64,000 nucleotides of DNA from Crassostrea angulata (lineage: Eukaryota), in assembly GCF_025612915.1 (NCBI RefSeq), contig NC_069115.1:25663757-25727756 (forward strand), written 5' to 3'. Both the position numbers and the translations under genes were made by a program. The notes under the pieces are model-generated. The model was not told the origin of the DNA. It saw nothing but the letters and a program-made list of their open reading frames with translations, and did not search any database. Each line of letters starts with the position of its first letter. Positions within the stretch are counted from its first letter, which is position 1. Of the stretch, positions 41,701-52,420 are shown one piece after another.

Positions 41701-41830
41701 CTAATCCTGTAGTTTCTAGGTAAAAAAACTATCAAGGAACTGCTGTCTACGGAGAACTCTTTTGACGGAATGGTGATGTCCTCTTTGTCAGTACATTCAT
41801 CAAATCCAATATTGGTGCTGTAGGTTTCAC
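41701..41830 (-). CDS. Exonuclease-like gene, exon 2 (GETYSTNIGFDECTDKEDITIPSKEFSVDSSSLIVFLPRNYRI)
   Basis: Acceptor ttttttttag|GTG and donor ATTAG|gttagt. Frame is continuous with exon 1. Corresponds to part of track ORF 41655..41936. Confidence 0.4.
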
Positions 41831-41949
41831 CTAAAAAAAATTTGGAACAACTTTTATACATTGCAATCATGATATGATATGCTCTAGCTTTACAAAAATT
41901 GCCATTATATACAGTGTGAAATAAGTACATGTACATGTATTTTATTTAC

Positions 41950-42091
41950 CCTCAAGCACTGAGTGAGTAGCATCTTTTGATAACCTTTCACTCTTCAGTT
42001 TGGCACTGCGTTGGGCTTGAAGTAACCGCTTCCTTTTTAATGAATTTGCCAGTTTTGGGGTGTATTTTACCGTAAATCTGCCGGGAGACAT
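41950..42091 (-). CDS. Exonuclease-like gene, exon 1 (MSPGRFTVKYTPKLANSLKRKRLLQAQRSAKLKSERLSKDATHSVLE)
   Basis: ATG at 42091 on the minus strand. Open frame ends at donor GAGG|gtaaat. Phase-1 exit matches exon 2. Too short for the ORF track. Confidence 0.4.
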
Positions 42092-42566
42092 CTGACACCT
42101 CTTGTTAAGCTAATTAAAAGACAGAAAAACACTTATTTATTAATTACTTCAACTACATAGAATTTAACACGTAATTCAAATTCATTAAGGATAACTATTC
42201 ATTACATGTTAAAATGTCATGAACATGTATTATTTCTAGCAATATACATGTATTAAACATAAAAATCAAAAATTCATTTAAAATTACATGGAATGCTGGA
42301 TTAAAAAAAAGGCTCTCTGAAATTATTTGATATGTTAGTAATAATTTAATAACAATTATTATGATTTCAAATATATGAACAACTGAAAAATAAAGTGAAA
42401 AATTATGCAATATGACCAGTTTGCAAATATACATTTTCATGGAACAAAATACATTCATAAATATTATAAGCATATTAAATATTTTGGGTAGCACTAGGTA
42501 ACAAGATATATAAAAACATATAAGTGTGTATGTGTGCAGGCAGATTCATACATGTATTACAATCTG

Positions 42567-45500
42567 CACTGGATGAAATATCTGGTTTCAGCGCTGCGGA
42601 AACCCTTTGGAAACTCTGCGGAAACTTAAGGTTACCCTAAGTTTCCGACGGGTTTCAGCACGGAAACTTCAAGTTTCATTAAGTTTCCGCAGTGCTGAAA
42701 CTTAGGCTGTCCATGAATCCAAATGGTTTCCGCAACGGAAACTTACTGAAACTTGAAGTTTCTGCATAGTTTCAATCTCCATATACGTTTGGGATACATA
42801 TTGTTTACAAATGGTTTCCGCGACGGAAACTTACTGAAACTTGAAGTTTTTGCATAGTTTCAACCTCCATATACAATTGGGAAACATTTTGTTTACAAAG
42901 GGTTTCCGCAACTGAAACTTACTGAAACTTTTTATATTTTTGCTTTCACAAAAGCTGAGCAAGGTTTCTACTTTATGTAAAAACAAAACAATTTCAAACA
43001 GTTCCAAATTTATTTTGTTCAAAAATCTGAAATTGTTTCTAATAATAAATAAAATACAGCCAAGATACAATAATGGAGAAACATCCATATGGCAATTCCC
43101 TTATTAGGGACTTTTATTTAAAAAATGATAAAATTGCACAAGAAAAAAAACTCCCATAGAAATCTTTACATTTGTATTTTTTTCATCTCAATTAAATGCC
43201 TATCAAATCTCCCTTTAAAAATGCAACAAAGATCTTACTTTTTTAAAAATATGAATGCAATTTACAAAATAACTGCACGTACATGAATAAACAAAGAAAA
43301 CTTCACTGTTACATGAACATGATACACTTGTCTCAATTTGTTTTGAACTACAATGAATATGTACACCATAAAATATTTTTGAAAAGTCTAAAGTATCCAT
43401 CTTTTAAAAAAACAAAAAAAAACACTACAAGATAGTAGTTGACTATAGAGGTATGACCCAGATTTGATTTGAATATGTCAATAAATTCCAAAATGAGGTA
43501 AAAGTGACCCACTTACAAGTTGGGATAAACCTTTTCTTTGTGAGTAATATAATCTAATGTTTTACAATAGAACAGGATTTGATATCATTTTTTTGATAAT
43601 CCATTAAGTCCAAAGTGAACTTTTCATTTCCACCCATGATGTACCAACTGATCAGATTTTAATATCATAAGCCTGTCAGTATTTAATAGATGACCCAGAG
43701 GGAGATATGAAAAGCTTATTGGCCAATAAAAAGCTAACAATGGAGCAGTCTGTCAAATCATGTGCAAAAATATGATGTACACATTTAATTAATTATGCTG
43801 ATTGCAACACACTTCATTCCTGATGAATATTCTTCTTTACACATGGTTTACCTTCCTACATTTCACTACTTTACCTACATTAATATTTTTAATTCCAAGA
43901 CATGAAGTAAAATATACATTGTTTATATATGACAAGTATTACTACATGTACATGTACTTGCTTTTTGTAGCATGAATGTATAAAATACAAAGTATCACAC
44001 AGATCATTCACCTTACAATTCTCATCAATACCAGCATTTTACTTATGATATAAAAGCTAATTCCAATTATATATTAGTTACATAACACAGATTAAAATAA
44101 AACCCACATGGAAACAACTTTCCATCCAAGTAATTTTGTAATATAAAAATTGTAATACATGGGGTATATGTTGTCTTTATATATTTTCATATACGACATA
44201 ATTGAATATTGTTTGGTGTATTTTATCATTTCTATGACCCATGCATTCATCTCCTAATGCAGTGTTTTTACATTTAAGATTGGTTTCTTAATTTTTCATA
44301 TATTGCTGCAAATAAAAACTAAGTTAAAACAAAGAAAATGGAAAAAAAAGTAGTTAACACTTATCAACTTGGAGATGTGAGGATATATGTTACATGGAGT
44401 CTAATATTTTATGCAATATTTGCAAATATAACAAATTATTTAAGAAAATGAAAGTTAATATCTGCAAGGTCTAATCAATCATTTAATAAGTCAAAACCAT
44501 GTGATTTTCTAAGATTCTAGCTTACAGACAGACATTGTAATATACTGGTATTTGATCATATAAAAAAAGTACTTTTATAGTTTATAGGTTTTTTGAAATG
44601 AGAATACTTTACAGTTAAAAAGTCTTGTTCTGCAGAGGTTTAGTCGGGTCGTAGAGATGTGTCCATTCGAATCAATAAGGAGTGTCCTTGGCTGTTGTTG
44701 ATGTAACCCGAGTCGTAGTTTATGGAAATAGGCCTTTTTGGGGGACTTTCGAGCATTGTCCCGACCGGTGAAGCACTCATATGATCTCATCATGGCTACA
44801 GCAGACTTAGTAGTTCTAGACAATGGTAGCATTAAAATTCTTCTTCTTGCGATGAACTTGTTCCTTTCACTGGGCTGTACTTTATGATGTCTGTTCTATT
44901 TATCTTAAACAAGAATAATAAAGTTTCATTTAGATTTTTAAACAATAAACATAAGTCATTCAGCCTAACATGTAATAAAAGCATTCTGAATAAAATTCTG
45001 AATACAGAAGCTACTATGCAGTTGCCAGTTGCTGTTTAAACTATGTCATATAATGACTACAGTAGTATCTGGTCTAAAATGTTTCACTTTATGTTTGAAG
45101 CTATGTTATTTTCATTTTGATTCAATTATTGTTTGTTGAACAATGGAAAAAATAATCAACAATAAGTGTGTTTCACCCCCCCCCCCCCAATCAACCTCCT
45201 TTTCCAGAACTAAGACCTGGATTTCCCAAAAATTACTACAGTAAATTATAAACATCCAACACATGTATAAGTTAATGGTGAAAATAATCAATTTCAAAGC
45301 AATACCATGCGTTCACATCGTCCAGCTGGTCAAAACATTCACCCGAATCACCGAAGTCGGAACAGAGGATGCAACTAATCACAGGAAACATTTAATTTGT
45401 ATGCTGTCAATGCTGAAAAAGAAAAACGTGAAAGATTTCATTTTCCGGATTTATTTAATAAATTTTTTTCGTTACATTTAGAGTTTGTAAATTGTATAAT

Positions 45501-46869
45501 GTGCGAAAGATTCTTTGTTCGTCTTGTTTACCAACCAAGCATTCATATATTAGGGACGTTTATATAATTATATATGTGTATACCCTGGATAATCTTGATT
45601 ATCATGCATATAAAGTTGGTTAATGGTTAACTTGGTCAAAACGTATATTTAAAAGAAATACGGTAATAAAAATTAAAACGCCGAACCAAGTTTGAAAAAA
45701 TGACGCCATCTTGATTTGATGGCTCGAGATCTCGTTTACAAATGAGGGATAAATTAGAGCCTTGAAAATGTTATTGGGAGTATCTAGATTGTGAATTAAG
45801 TTACCTTGACATGAGTTCTTCATTCCTGCATTATCTCCTTGTTGTAGAGGCTATTAATGCTTCTCAATTCTCCATTTTACAACAGCACCTTCTTGTCCAT
45901 TTTAACCTTCGCTCGGAATCATAAAGTGCGCCAATACTGACCAATCAGAACCTGCTAAATCTTGGAAAAGTGCATCTTGGGATAGTTTAAAATGAATAAT
46001 GTTTAATCAAAATTATCATTTTTTACCAAATAGTTAACTTTTTACATGTATAATTATTTTAAATAAGAACTGTCGGAGTCAGTATTTCCTGGTTAAATAC
46101 GACAAAGTATTGGCGTGTGTTTGTTACAATTGTATTTGTAACACGTGATTAACCAAACAAAAAATGGCCGACTGTTTGTTTACAAATGTCTAATGAAATT
46201 AAACAAGTTTTAATGAGACATATGTATCAGATTTTGTCTTTAACTATATTTTATTTACATGTACTGATGATTTTGCCAAACTAAATATGATAGAGCCATA
46301 TATAGTTTACTGACAAGTTGGTCTTGACTTGTCCAATTTTCACCGCGATTCTAAGCTCGGTCATATTCTTATTCAAAATATAGAGGTGTGAAAATATTAT
46401 GTTCATCACAGAGCAGGTTCTGCATGAACACACAGAAATCACAAATATAATTAAATGCCGATCAATTAACGGGGTCCGGTTAACAGCGTTCACCCATACG
46501 GTGAATTTACAACTACGATGAATTGATGGCAATTATTTTACAGTTACACATATGCACTGATTGGTCATGCGATGAACAGTCGTACGTTAAGAATACTTAT
46601 GAAATTAAAATACAAACGCGTTAAACAAGCCGGGAAGTAAGACGTACATGTCGGACTGATATATAAACAAAATATAATTTTAATTATTTGGTATACTTTC
46701 TACATCAAATGTATACGAATGTATAATCAAATTTTAAAAATGGTGCAAAGTTAGACTTAACCAATAGGCATATAGCCCCCCCCCCCCCCCCCACTTTTTC
46801 TCGCCGGAAATGTAATTGTTCCTAAATTTACCTTGAAAGATTGAGAAGTTGGAGTAATAGGCATACTAG

Positions 46870-46902
<33 letters not shown>

Positions 46903-48411
46903 ACACGGATTAGGAATTTCATGATTTTGCGAAAAAAAAATTGGGTAGGGAAATTTATTTTCGGAAGTATATAGTATAGGTATACCCCCCCCCCCCCCCC
47001 ACCACGGATTAGGATTTTCATGATTTTGGGAATTAGGGTTTTTTAGGGTTTTTCCTCAATATTTCTGAGGATAAGTCTAGCCCCCCTTTCAATTTGCTTC
47101 CGACGCCAGTGAATCATGATACAGTCATACATGCAGTAAAGTCTGAAATGCATGTAAATAATTAAACAATTATTATATTAGACTCAAACTCCAAGTGGGT
47201 TTTACTTGTTATTATCAACTGTAGAATTTAAAAAAAAAAATTCCTGTGTACATGTGTTGGCGTGGTATTAAAAAAGAAATGAATTAGCTCTAAACTTCAG
47301 GTTGTACGAATATTTGGTACGATTTGTAAAAATTTACAACGACTTTACCTTAATTTGTTTGCTTAATTAGTTACTGTACCTCAAGGTTCATTCAAATGAT
47401 AACTAAATGATTTAAGAAGGAGTCTTACAAAATAGGTATATTAATTTATTTTACTAAATAATTATAATTTACTTATCAGTTTTCTAACTCAGGTACACAC
47501 AAATTGAAAAAAAATTCCCACCGGGCTCCAGTTATAAACTCACGCTTCGTACTGTGTATATGTTATGTAACAGTCTTTTGTTCACTCCTGACAGAAAAAA
47601 CCCTGCAATCCACACAGAATATACAGGAAAATCACAGGGGAGGTCACCTGGACAAAGAATGTATACACATGTATACACGTGCCCGAGTACCTAAGATTAA
47701 TGATTTCATCATATGCATTAAACAAGATCAGACATCAGTTTTTCTTTTCAAATTCAATTAATTACTTAGTAAGGTTCTTAATCGCCTTATTTGCCACATT
47801 TGAAGATAGTTACACGTATACATATAGTTTCAGTCACGCTGAAACCTTACTATACATTTTAGTATGTACGGATTCATTATCATTAGGCTAGAATTAAACT
47901 TGATTAAACCTGTTGAAAATAAATGATATTACTATTAAACTCAAATTAAATTTAGTAATAGTTTCAGCAATGCGTAAACCATTTGGAATCTTAACTTAAA
48001 GTTTCAGCATACTGAAACCTAGCGAAAATGTTCTGAAACTGATTGATATTTCCATAATAATTTACACAACTTTTCACATGATTCAAATTTAGTTTCCGCA
48101 TTGCGGAAACCATCAGGAATCTTAACTTAAAGTTTCAGCATACTGAAACCTAGCGGAAATGTTCTGAAACTGATTGATATTTCCATAATAATTTACACAA
48201 CTATTCACACGATTCAAATTTAGTTTCCGCATTGCGGAAACCATCAGGAATCTTAGACTAAAGTTTCTGCTGACTGAAACCTAACGGATACTTGCTGAAT
48301 CGATATAATGGTTTCCGCATTGCGGAAACTATACATGAAACTTCAACTTCAAGTTTCAGCAAGGTTTCCATATAGTTTCAGTTTTGCTGAAACTTGATTT
48401 TTCATCCAGTG
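42567..48411. mobile_element. CACTA/EnSpm-like (Chapaev-like) non-autonomous DNA transposon, about 5.8 kb, with 3-bp TSD CTG
   Basis: Termini 5'-CACTGGATGAAA..GTTTCAGC and ..GCTGAAAC..TTTCATCCAGTG-3' are inverted. Identical CTG lies immediately outside both ends (42564-66 and 48412-14). Subterminal tandem repeats of about 105 bp (42590-42960) and about 130 bp (47870-48390) carry GTTTCCGCAACGGAAAC-type palindromes. No long transposase ORF inside. Confidence 0.6.
46875..46911. repeat. Poly-C tract of 36 nt, the longest of many C/G homopolymers
   Basis: Other long runs include G25 at 18577, C26 at 22079, G18 at 25468, G17 at 26394, C18 at 29755, C17 at 31511, C16 at 37808, C16 at 45175, C22 at 46777, C19 at 46985 and a G-rich run at 51851-51888. 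Confidence 0.9.
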
Positions 48412-48877
48412 CTGGCAATCAAATATTTATGAAATCAAAATTAACAACAATAAAACAAACAACTGGTAATTCTAAATAAAAAAGTTATTAAAACAATCTG
48501 TCAATCTAAACTGCATCTGCAATTAACAGTTCTACCACAGTGATATATTTGTAACCCTCATTCTTTTGGCATACAGAGGCTGAAACTCTTGATTTTAGAC
48601 TCTCAGATCTGCCATAAAACCTTTCATCATAATTGTGTGTGTCTCAAATACATGTACTTAAAACATGTAGTATGAAATATTATTTACTAGAATACTTGCA
48701 CTTGTGATTCTTTTTCAGTAAACTTACATTCTTTTTGGTGCTTTGCTTGCTACCATATGGTTGAAATTTTCGTTACTTTGCGTGGATCCTAAAGTGGCCA
48801 ATTCCTCGACTCTTCCAACATATACTTTAAAAGGTCTTCCAGGGCAACACGTAATGGCTGATCTGTCAGAGGCTTAC

Positions 48878-48953
48878 CATATGGCAAATTCCTTGGCTTG
48901 TACGTAGCCTGATTTTTCACTCCTGCACCATGCCCCACATTTGTTATGTTCAC
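48878..48953 (-). CDS. Transposase-derived gene, candidate further exon (..EHNKCGAWCRSEKSGYVQAKEFAIW or alternative frame)
   Basis: Acceptor atttgatttcag|GTG and donor CATATG|gtaagc. Two open frames, so the reading frame is unresolved. Continuation downstream not found. Confidence 0.3.
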
Positions 48954-49057
48954 CTGAAATCAAATTTGATAAATTGCAGTCAATATCTAAACAAGATGAA
49001 CTTTAATACATGTACTAAAAATGTATTTAATTATATTTAATGTTTCAAAACTTAGCA

Positions 49058-49062
<5 letters not shown>

Positions 49063-49112
<50 letters not shown>
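49063..49112. repeat. (CT)18(AT)7 compound microsatellite inside an intron of the transposase-derived gene
   Basis: Direct reading. Confidence 0.9.
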
Positions 49113-49113
<1 letters not shown>

Positions 49114-49119
49114 CCATAC

Positions 49120-49378
49120 AGATGAGGAACAATCTTTTGCAGATCTTCTTTAAGCTGTGTTGATTTTGTTTGACACAATACATAAAGCATCTCTCCACAT
49201 GACCCCGAACTTTAACATTTTTCAATGCTTTGAAGGTGTTACTCATATCAACTAGCTTGCCTGTGAAACCTTTGCGAGTATGATTACTATAATTGCACTT
49301 CTTTCTGATGTTAGGATCCACAGTGGCTTTGACCCTCGCAATCGTGGTAGAATCATTGTCCATGACCAAAGTGTTGAC
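49120..49378 (-). CDS. Transposase-derived gene exon (VNTLVMDNDSTTIARVKATVDPNIRKKCNYSNHTRKGFTGKLVDMSNTFKALKNVKVRGHVERCFMYCVKQNQHSLKKICKRLFLI..), likely second catalytic Asp region
   Basis: Track ORF 49097..49414. Acceptor gaattgaag|GTC (phase 0) after a 95-nt intron. VMDNDSTT resembles the hAT-like second motif (v-t-D-N-a-S-n). Followed by a C...H-T motif. The 3' donor is ATCT|gtatgg or ATG|gtatat, just before a (CT)n(TA)n microsatellite. Confidence 0.55.
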
Positions 49379-49472
49379 CTTCAATTCATCATTTAAAAAA
49401 AAAAATAAAACCATATTTTACATTATCATATACACATCAAAAAGTGATACTGTTTCTTCATTTCAGAAATAC

Positions 49473-49726
49473 CTGCTTTCCTGTATTCATTATGTCTTGA
49501 AGCATTTCACAGGCCATAGCTGGCTCCATGGACTTTGCAGAGCTGCATGAGCATGCATGTTTTCTTGGGGGGACTCCCTTCTTCCTAGCATTTGTACAAA
49601 TCCTACAGCGTTTTCTCATCACGGAAAACCCTAGACCCTTTTTTGTGGACTCTCCAATCAAAGTTGCATGTCCTATAATAATATTAACCAAAACTGTCTT
49701 ATGCAAGAGGAAACCTCTTTGGTTCA
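49473..49726 (-). CDS. Transposase-derived gene exon (..NQRGFLLHKTVLVNIIIGHATLIGESTKKGLGFSVMRKRCRICTNARKKGVPPRKHACSCSSAKSMEPAMACEMLQDIMNTGKQ)
   Basis: Track ORF 49458..49727. Acceptor gataatgcag|TG and donor AAGCAG|gtattt (phase 0). Cys/His-rich KxCxxC...HxC segment. Confidence 0.55.
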
Positions 49727-49845
49727 CTGCATTATCAAATATATTAAACTTTGGATGTAAAAAACATCCAATACTAGGTAACCCTTTATAAAATCAAATT
49801 TTCATTTATCACCGGGACAATAACTAAATCAAAATTTGTACTCAA

Positions 49846-49905
49846 CCTGTCAAACTGTTGTAAGCACGGCCTGTACCTCTTTTTTGCCACGCTCCGTCGA
49901 AACTT
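49846..49905 (-). CDS. Transposase-derived gene exon (SFDGAWQKRGTGRAYNSLT), likely first catalytic Asp region
   Basis: Acceptor tttaacag|CAAG and donor GACAG|gttgagt. This frame exits in phase 1 and joins the next exon to give ...SLTVNQRG... FDGAWQKRG resembles the D-x-W first motif of hAT-like transposases. Confidence 0.5.
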
Positions 49906-50058
49906 GCTGTTAAATTTCCATCACTTCTAATAAAGTAACAAATGCATATTTTCTGGTTATATATTAAATATTTGGTTTCTGTGGTAGCATATAGAGGGAA
50001 AAATTAAATAACAACAGTCAGTGATTTTCTTTAAAAGTTAACTCAATAATATACGTAC

Positions 50059-50230
50059 AATCTAACTTCTTCCTCAAAACTTTTCCTGCAGGTCTCCTCT
50101 GCCATGTCTGCTAGATGAGGTACAATTTCTCTTTCTCTGCACTTAATGCTCTTGGGTGGTATTGTTGGAATATTCATAGCAGACAATAAACTATTCACAT
50201 GCATCTCTCCAAGACCAGCATCTATCATGC
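50059..50230 (-). CDS. Transposase-derived gene exon (GMIDAGLGEMHVNSLLSAMNIPTIPPKSIKCREREIVPHLADMAEETCRKSFEEEV..)
   Basis: Track ORF 50043..50240. Acceptor ttgtag|GCATG. The 3' donor is ambiguous (GAA|gttaga, TT|gtacgt or A|gttttg), so the end is +/-25 nt. Confidence 0.45.
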
Positions 50231-50362
50231 CTACAATCATTATAACATTTTCTTGTGAAAATCAAATACAATTTTCTTTTGTTTACTAATGTATCCCTAA
50301 GATTTATTTATTTGTTATCAAAATTAATTAAGTCTCATTCCAAGTTTGAAAGTTATCCTTAC

Positions 50363-50429
50363 CTGCTGCCAACTTTGTGTTAACATCCCAAGCAATACCA
50401 CCAGCGATAGTTTTATCCCGGCTGCCAGT
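50363..50429 (-). CDS. Transposase-derived gene exon (TGSRDKTIAGGIAWDVNTKLAAG)
   Basis: Donor GGCAGCAG|gtaagg is strong. Phase-1 exit joins acceptor gattgtag|GC of the next exon to give ...AAG-MIDAGLGEM... The acceptor (aaccag|ACT) is weak. Confidence 0.45.
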
Positions 50430-51231
50430 CTGGTTGTTTCACTCGGTTAAATCGTTTATTATAAATAAATAATAAGTATTTATTTTGAAAATTTGATTTG
50501 AATAAATACTATGGATTTAATATTTGATTAAATGACTTTATTTCATGTAAATCGGTGAGAAAACAATTAATACAAACCGAAAGTACCGACATCGTTCCTC
50601 GGCGTCCTTTTTCTTCCCTCAGTTTTCGCTGTTTTCTTTGAAATTCCCTCTGCAAATCACTTCTTCCAGGGTTTATATGTAATTAGAAACATTTCCCAGA
50701 GTCGCTGACATGTTTTTGATGTTTCAAAATTGATCGGCGATGCTGTATTTACGGGTTTTTCGCCACATGGATTACCATTGTTTTCAAACAGCTTATCACT
50801 GCACCACGTGACCCTCTATCTAATAAACGGCAATTGGGAATATTAGTGGCTTGGAAAAGGGTCAATAAAAAGCTTAATAGCGCAGCGTGGGGGCAATGAA
50901 AATACCGAATTTTCATTTAGGTTATTATTCTATCTAAACTGCGCCAAATACCGCTAAATATAGCAACACGAGATCAGTCCTTTAACAAGTTGACAATAGT
51001 TACATCTCATCAGCAACATATGTCCTAATCCAAATTTTTTCTCACCAGTGCAATGGGCTGACTGCATAGCTGGCAAGACTTTAATCCGTCTGCCAAGATT
51101 CCTAAGTTAATTTTTAACAACACATTAGATATAATATTCCATAGCATATAAACTAAAATTACGGTGTATGGTCCACACAAATGTTGTCTGTTTTGGTTTG
51201 TTGTTATTACCTAGTTCTACAACTCTTCGTC

Positions 51232-51462
51232 CTATATAGCTACACGCCATTCCCCCTCTTTCAAGTTTTCATCAAGAGAAATTTCAATTTGCTGACTTGG
51301 ATCGGGGATGTCACATGCATACTCATGATCGTAGCTAATAATTGGTACAACGTTAGCAGCTGAGGCGGTTTCTTGTCTCCATCGTGATTCCCTTCCACTT
51401 TCCAAAGCCTTATTTATTTTTTCCCTTCCCTTTTTACAAAATTTCCCCTTAAACTTCGCCAT
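51232..51462 (-). CDS. Putative first coding exon (MAKFKGKFCKKGREKINKALESGRESRWRQETASAANVVPIISYDHEYACDIPDPSQQIEISLDENLKEGEWR...) of the minus-strand transposase-derived gene
   Basis: ATG directly downstream of a GC/CpG-rich promoter-like segment. Track ORF 51232..51462. The donor used is not identified, so linkage to downstream exons is inferred from strand and proximity only. Confidence 0.3.
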   Translation of the reverse strand: MAKFKGKFCKKGREKINKALESGRESRWRQETASAANVVPIISYDHEYACDIPDPSQQIEISLDENLKEGEWRVAI

Positions 51463-51700
51463 TTGTTGTTACAATAGCTAACTACCGGATATAAGAAACG
51501 CTGAGTAAAAGTCGAACCAAAACCGTAAAAAATTCACATCTCGGAAAACAAAAGTGTGGTTTATCGCGGCTCTAATTTTACATGTCGGTGTGACGTAGCG
51601 CGATACTCGGACTACTTTAAGAAAAAAATTACAGCGGAAAATCATCTTGAATTGTAGCCATTTGTTAATGTTGATTTTGAATAAAGATGAAAATAAAGGG
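51463..51700 (-). promoter_or_regulatory. GC/CpG-rich promoter-like region for the minus-strand gene
   Basis: Local rise in GC and CpG (cgcgctacgtcacaccgacatg, gccgcgataaacc) and a TGACGT CRE-like site immediately upstream of the ATG at 51462. Contrasts with the AT-rich surroundings. Confidence 0.3.
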
Positions 51701-52420
51701 TGGGCCTTAGTAAAATAGAGCGATATGCCTGTCTATACATTGCAGTCTGAGGCTCATTGAGAGGGGTAGGGGGCTAGACTTGATCAGAAATCTTATGAGC
51801 AAAAAAAAAGATTTTGAGTACGGCTATGTCTACCTTTGCAAAAAAAAAAGTTGGGGGTGGGGGGTGGTGGTGGGGGGGGGGGGGGGGGGCTGGACCCGTC
51901 CACCCAGTTCAGACGCCTTTGCATTGATTATACATGTAATAGCTCTATGCATTTTCAACTTTTTGGGGCCAACTCCTTATACGATAAATCTACACCAACT
52001 TTGTTGGTTTTTCAGACACAATTAAATAATTGAGAAGCAAAAAACAAAAAGGTTTTGAGCATGGCTATGTCTAACTTTGCCCCAAAAAAGTGGGGAGGGG
52101 AAACCCCCCCCTTCTACTCAGTTCCGACGCCTATGCATTGATTATACATGTACTTGTAATAGTTCTTCAACATATCACATGATAACATTTTTCATTCCAG
52201 TGTATTCATCGATCAAGTGAGTAAGGTTATAAAACGTCGCACGAGTTCACGCCTGGTAAACAACAATCGTTTATAATGCGGAAGACCAATAAAATTTTTG
52301 AATGTTCTTAATTTGAGCGTCTTGAGGTACAATTTTCTTCTTTCACATGTAGGAATTTTAAAAATAAAATACAATTACTAGCTATTACAATGTAGTTGAA
52401 GATGAGTATGTACATATATA

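Noticed and set aside
44575-44832. Two overlapping minus-strand ORFs (85 aa and about 55 aa, ..MLESPPKRPISINYDSGYINNSQGHSLLIRMDTSLRPD) in a GC-richer island inside the CACTA-like element
   Set aside because: No homology recognised, and frames overlap, which suggests chance. Possibly an element-internal remnant, but it cannot be supported.
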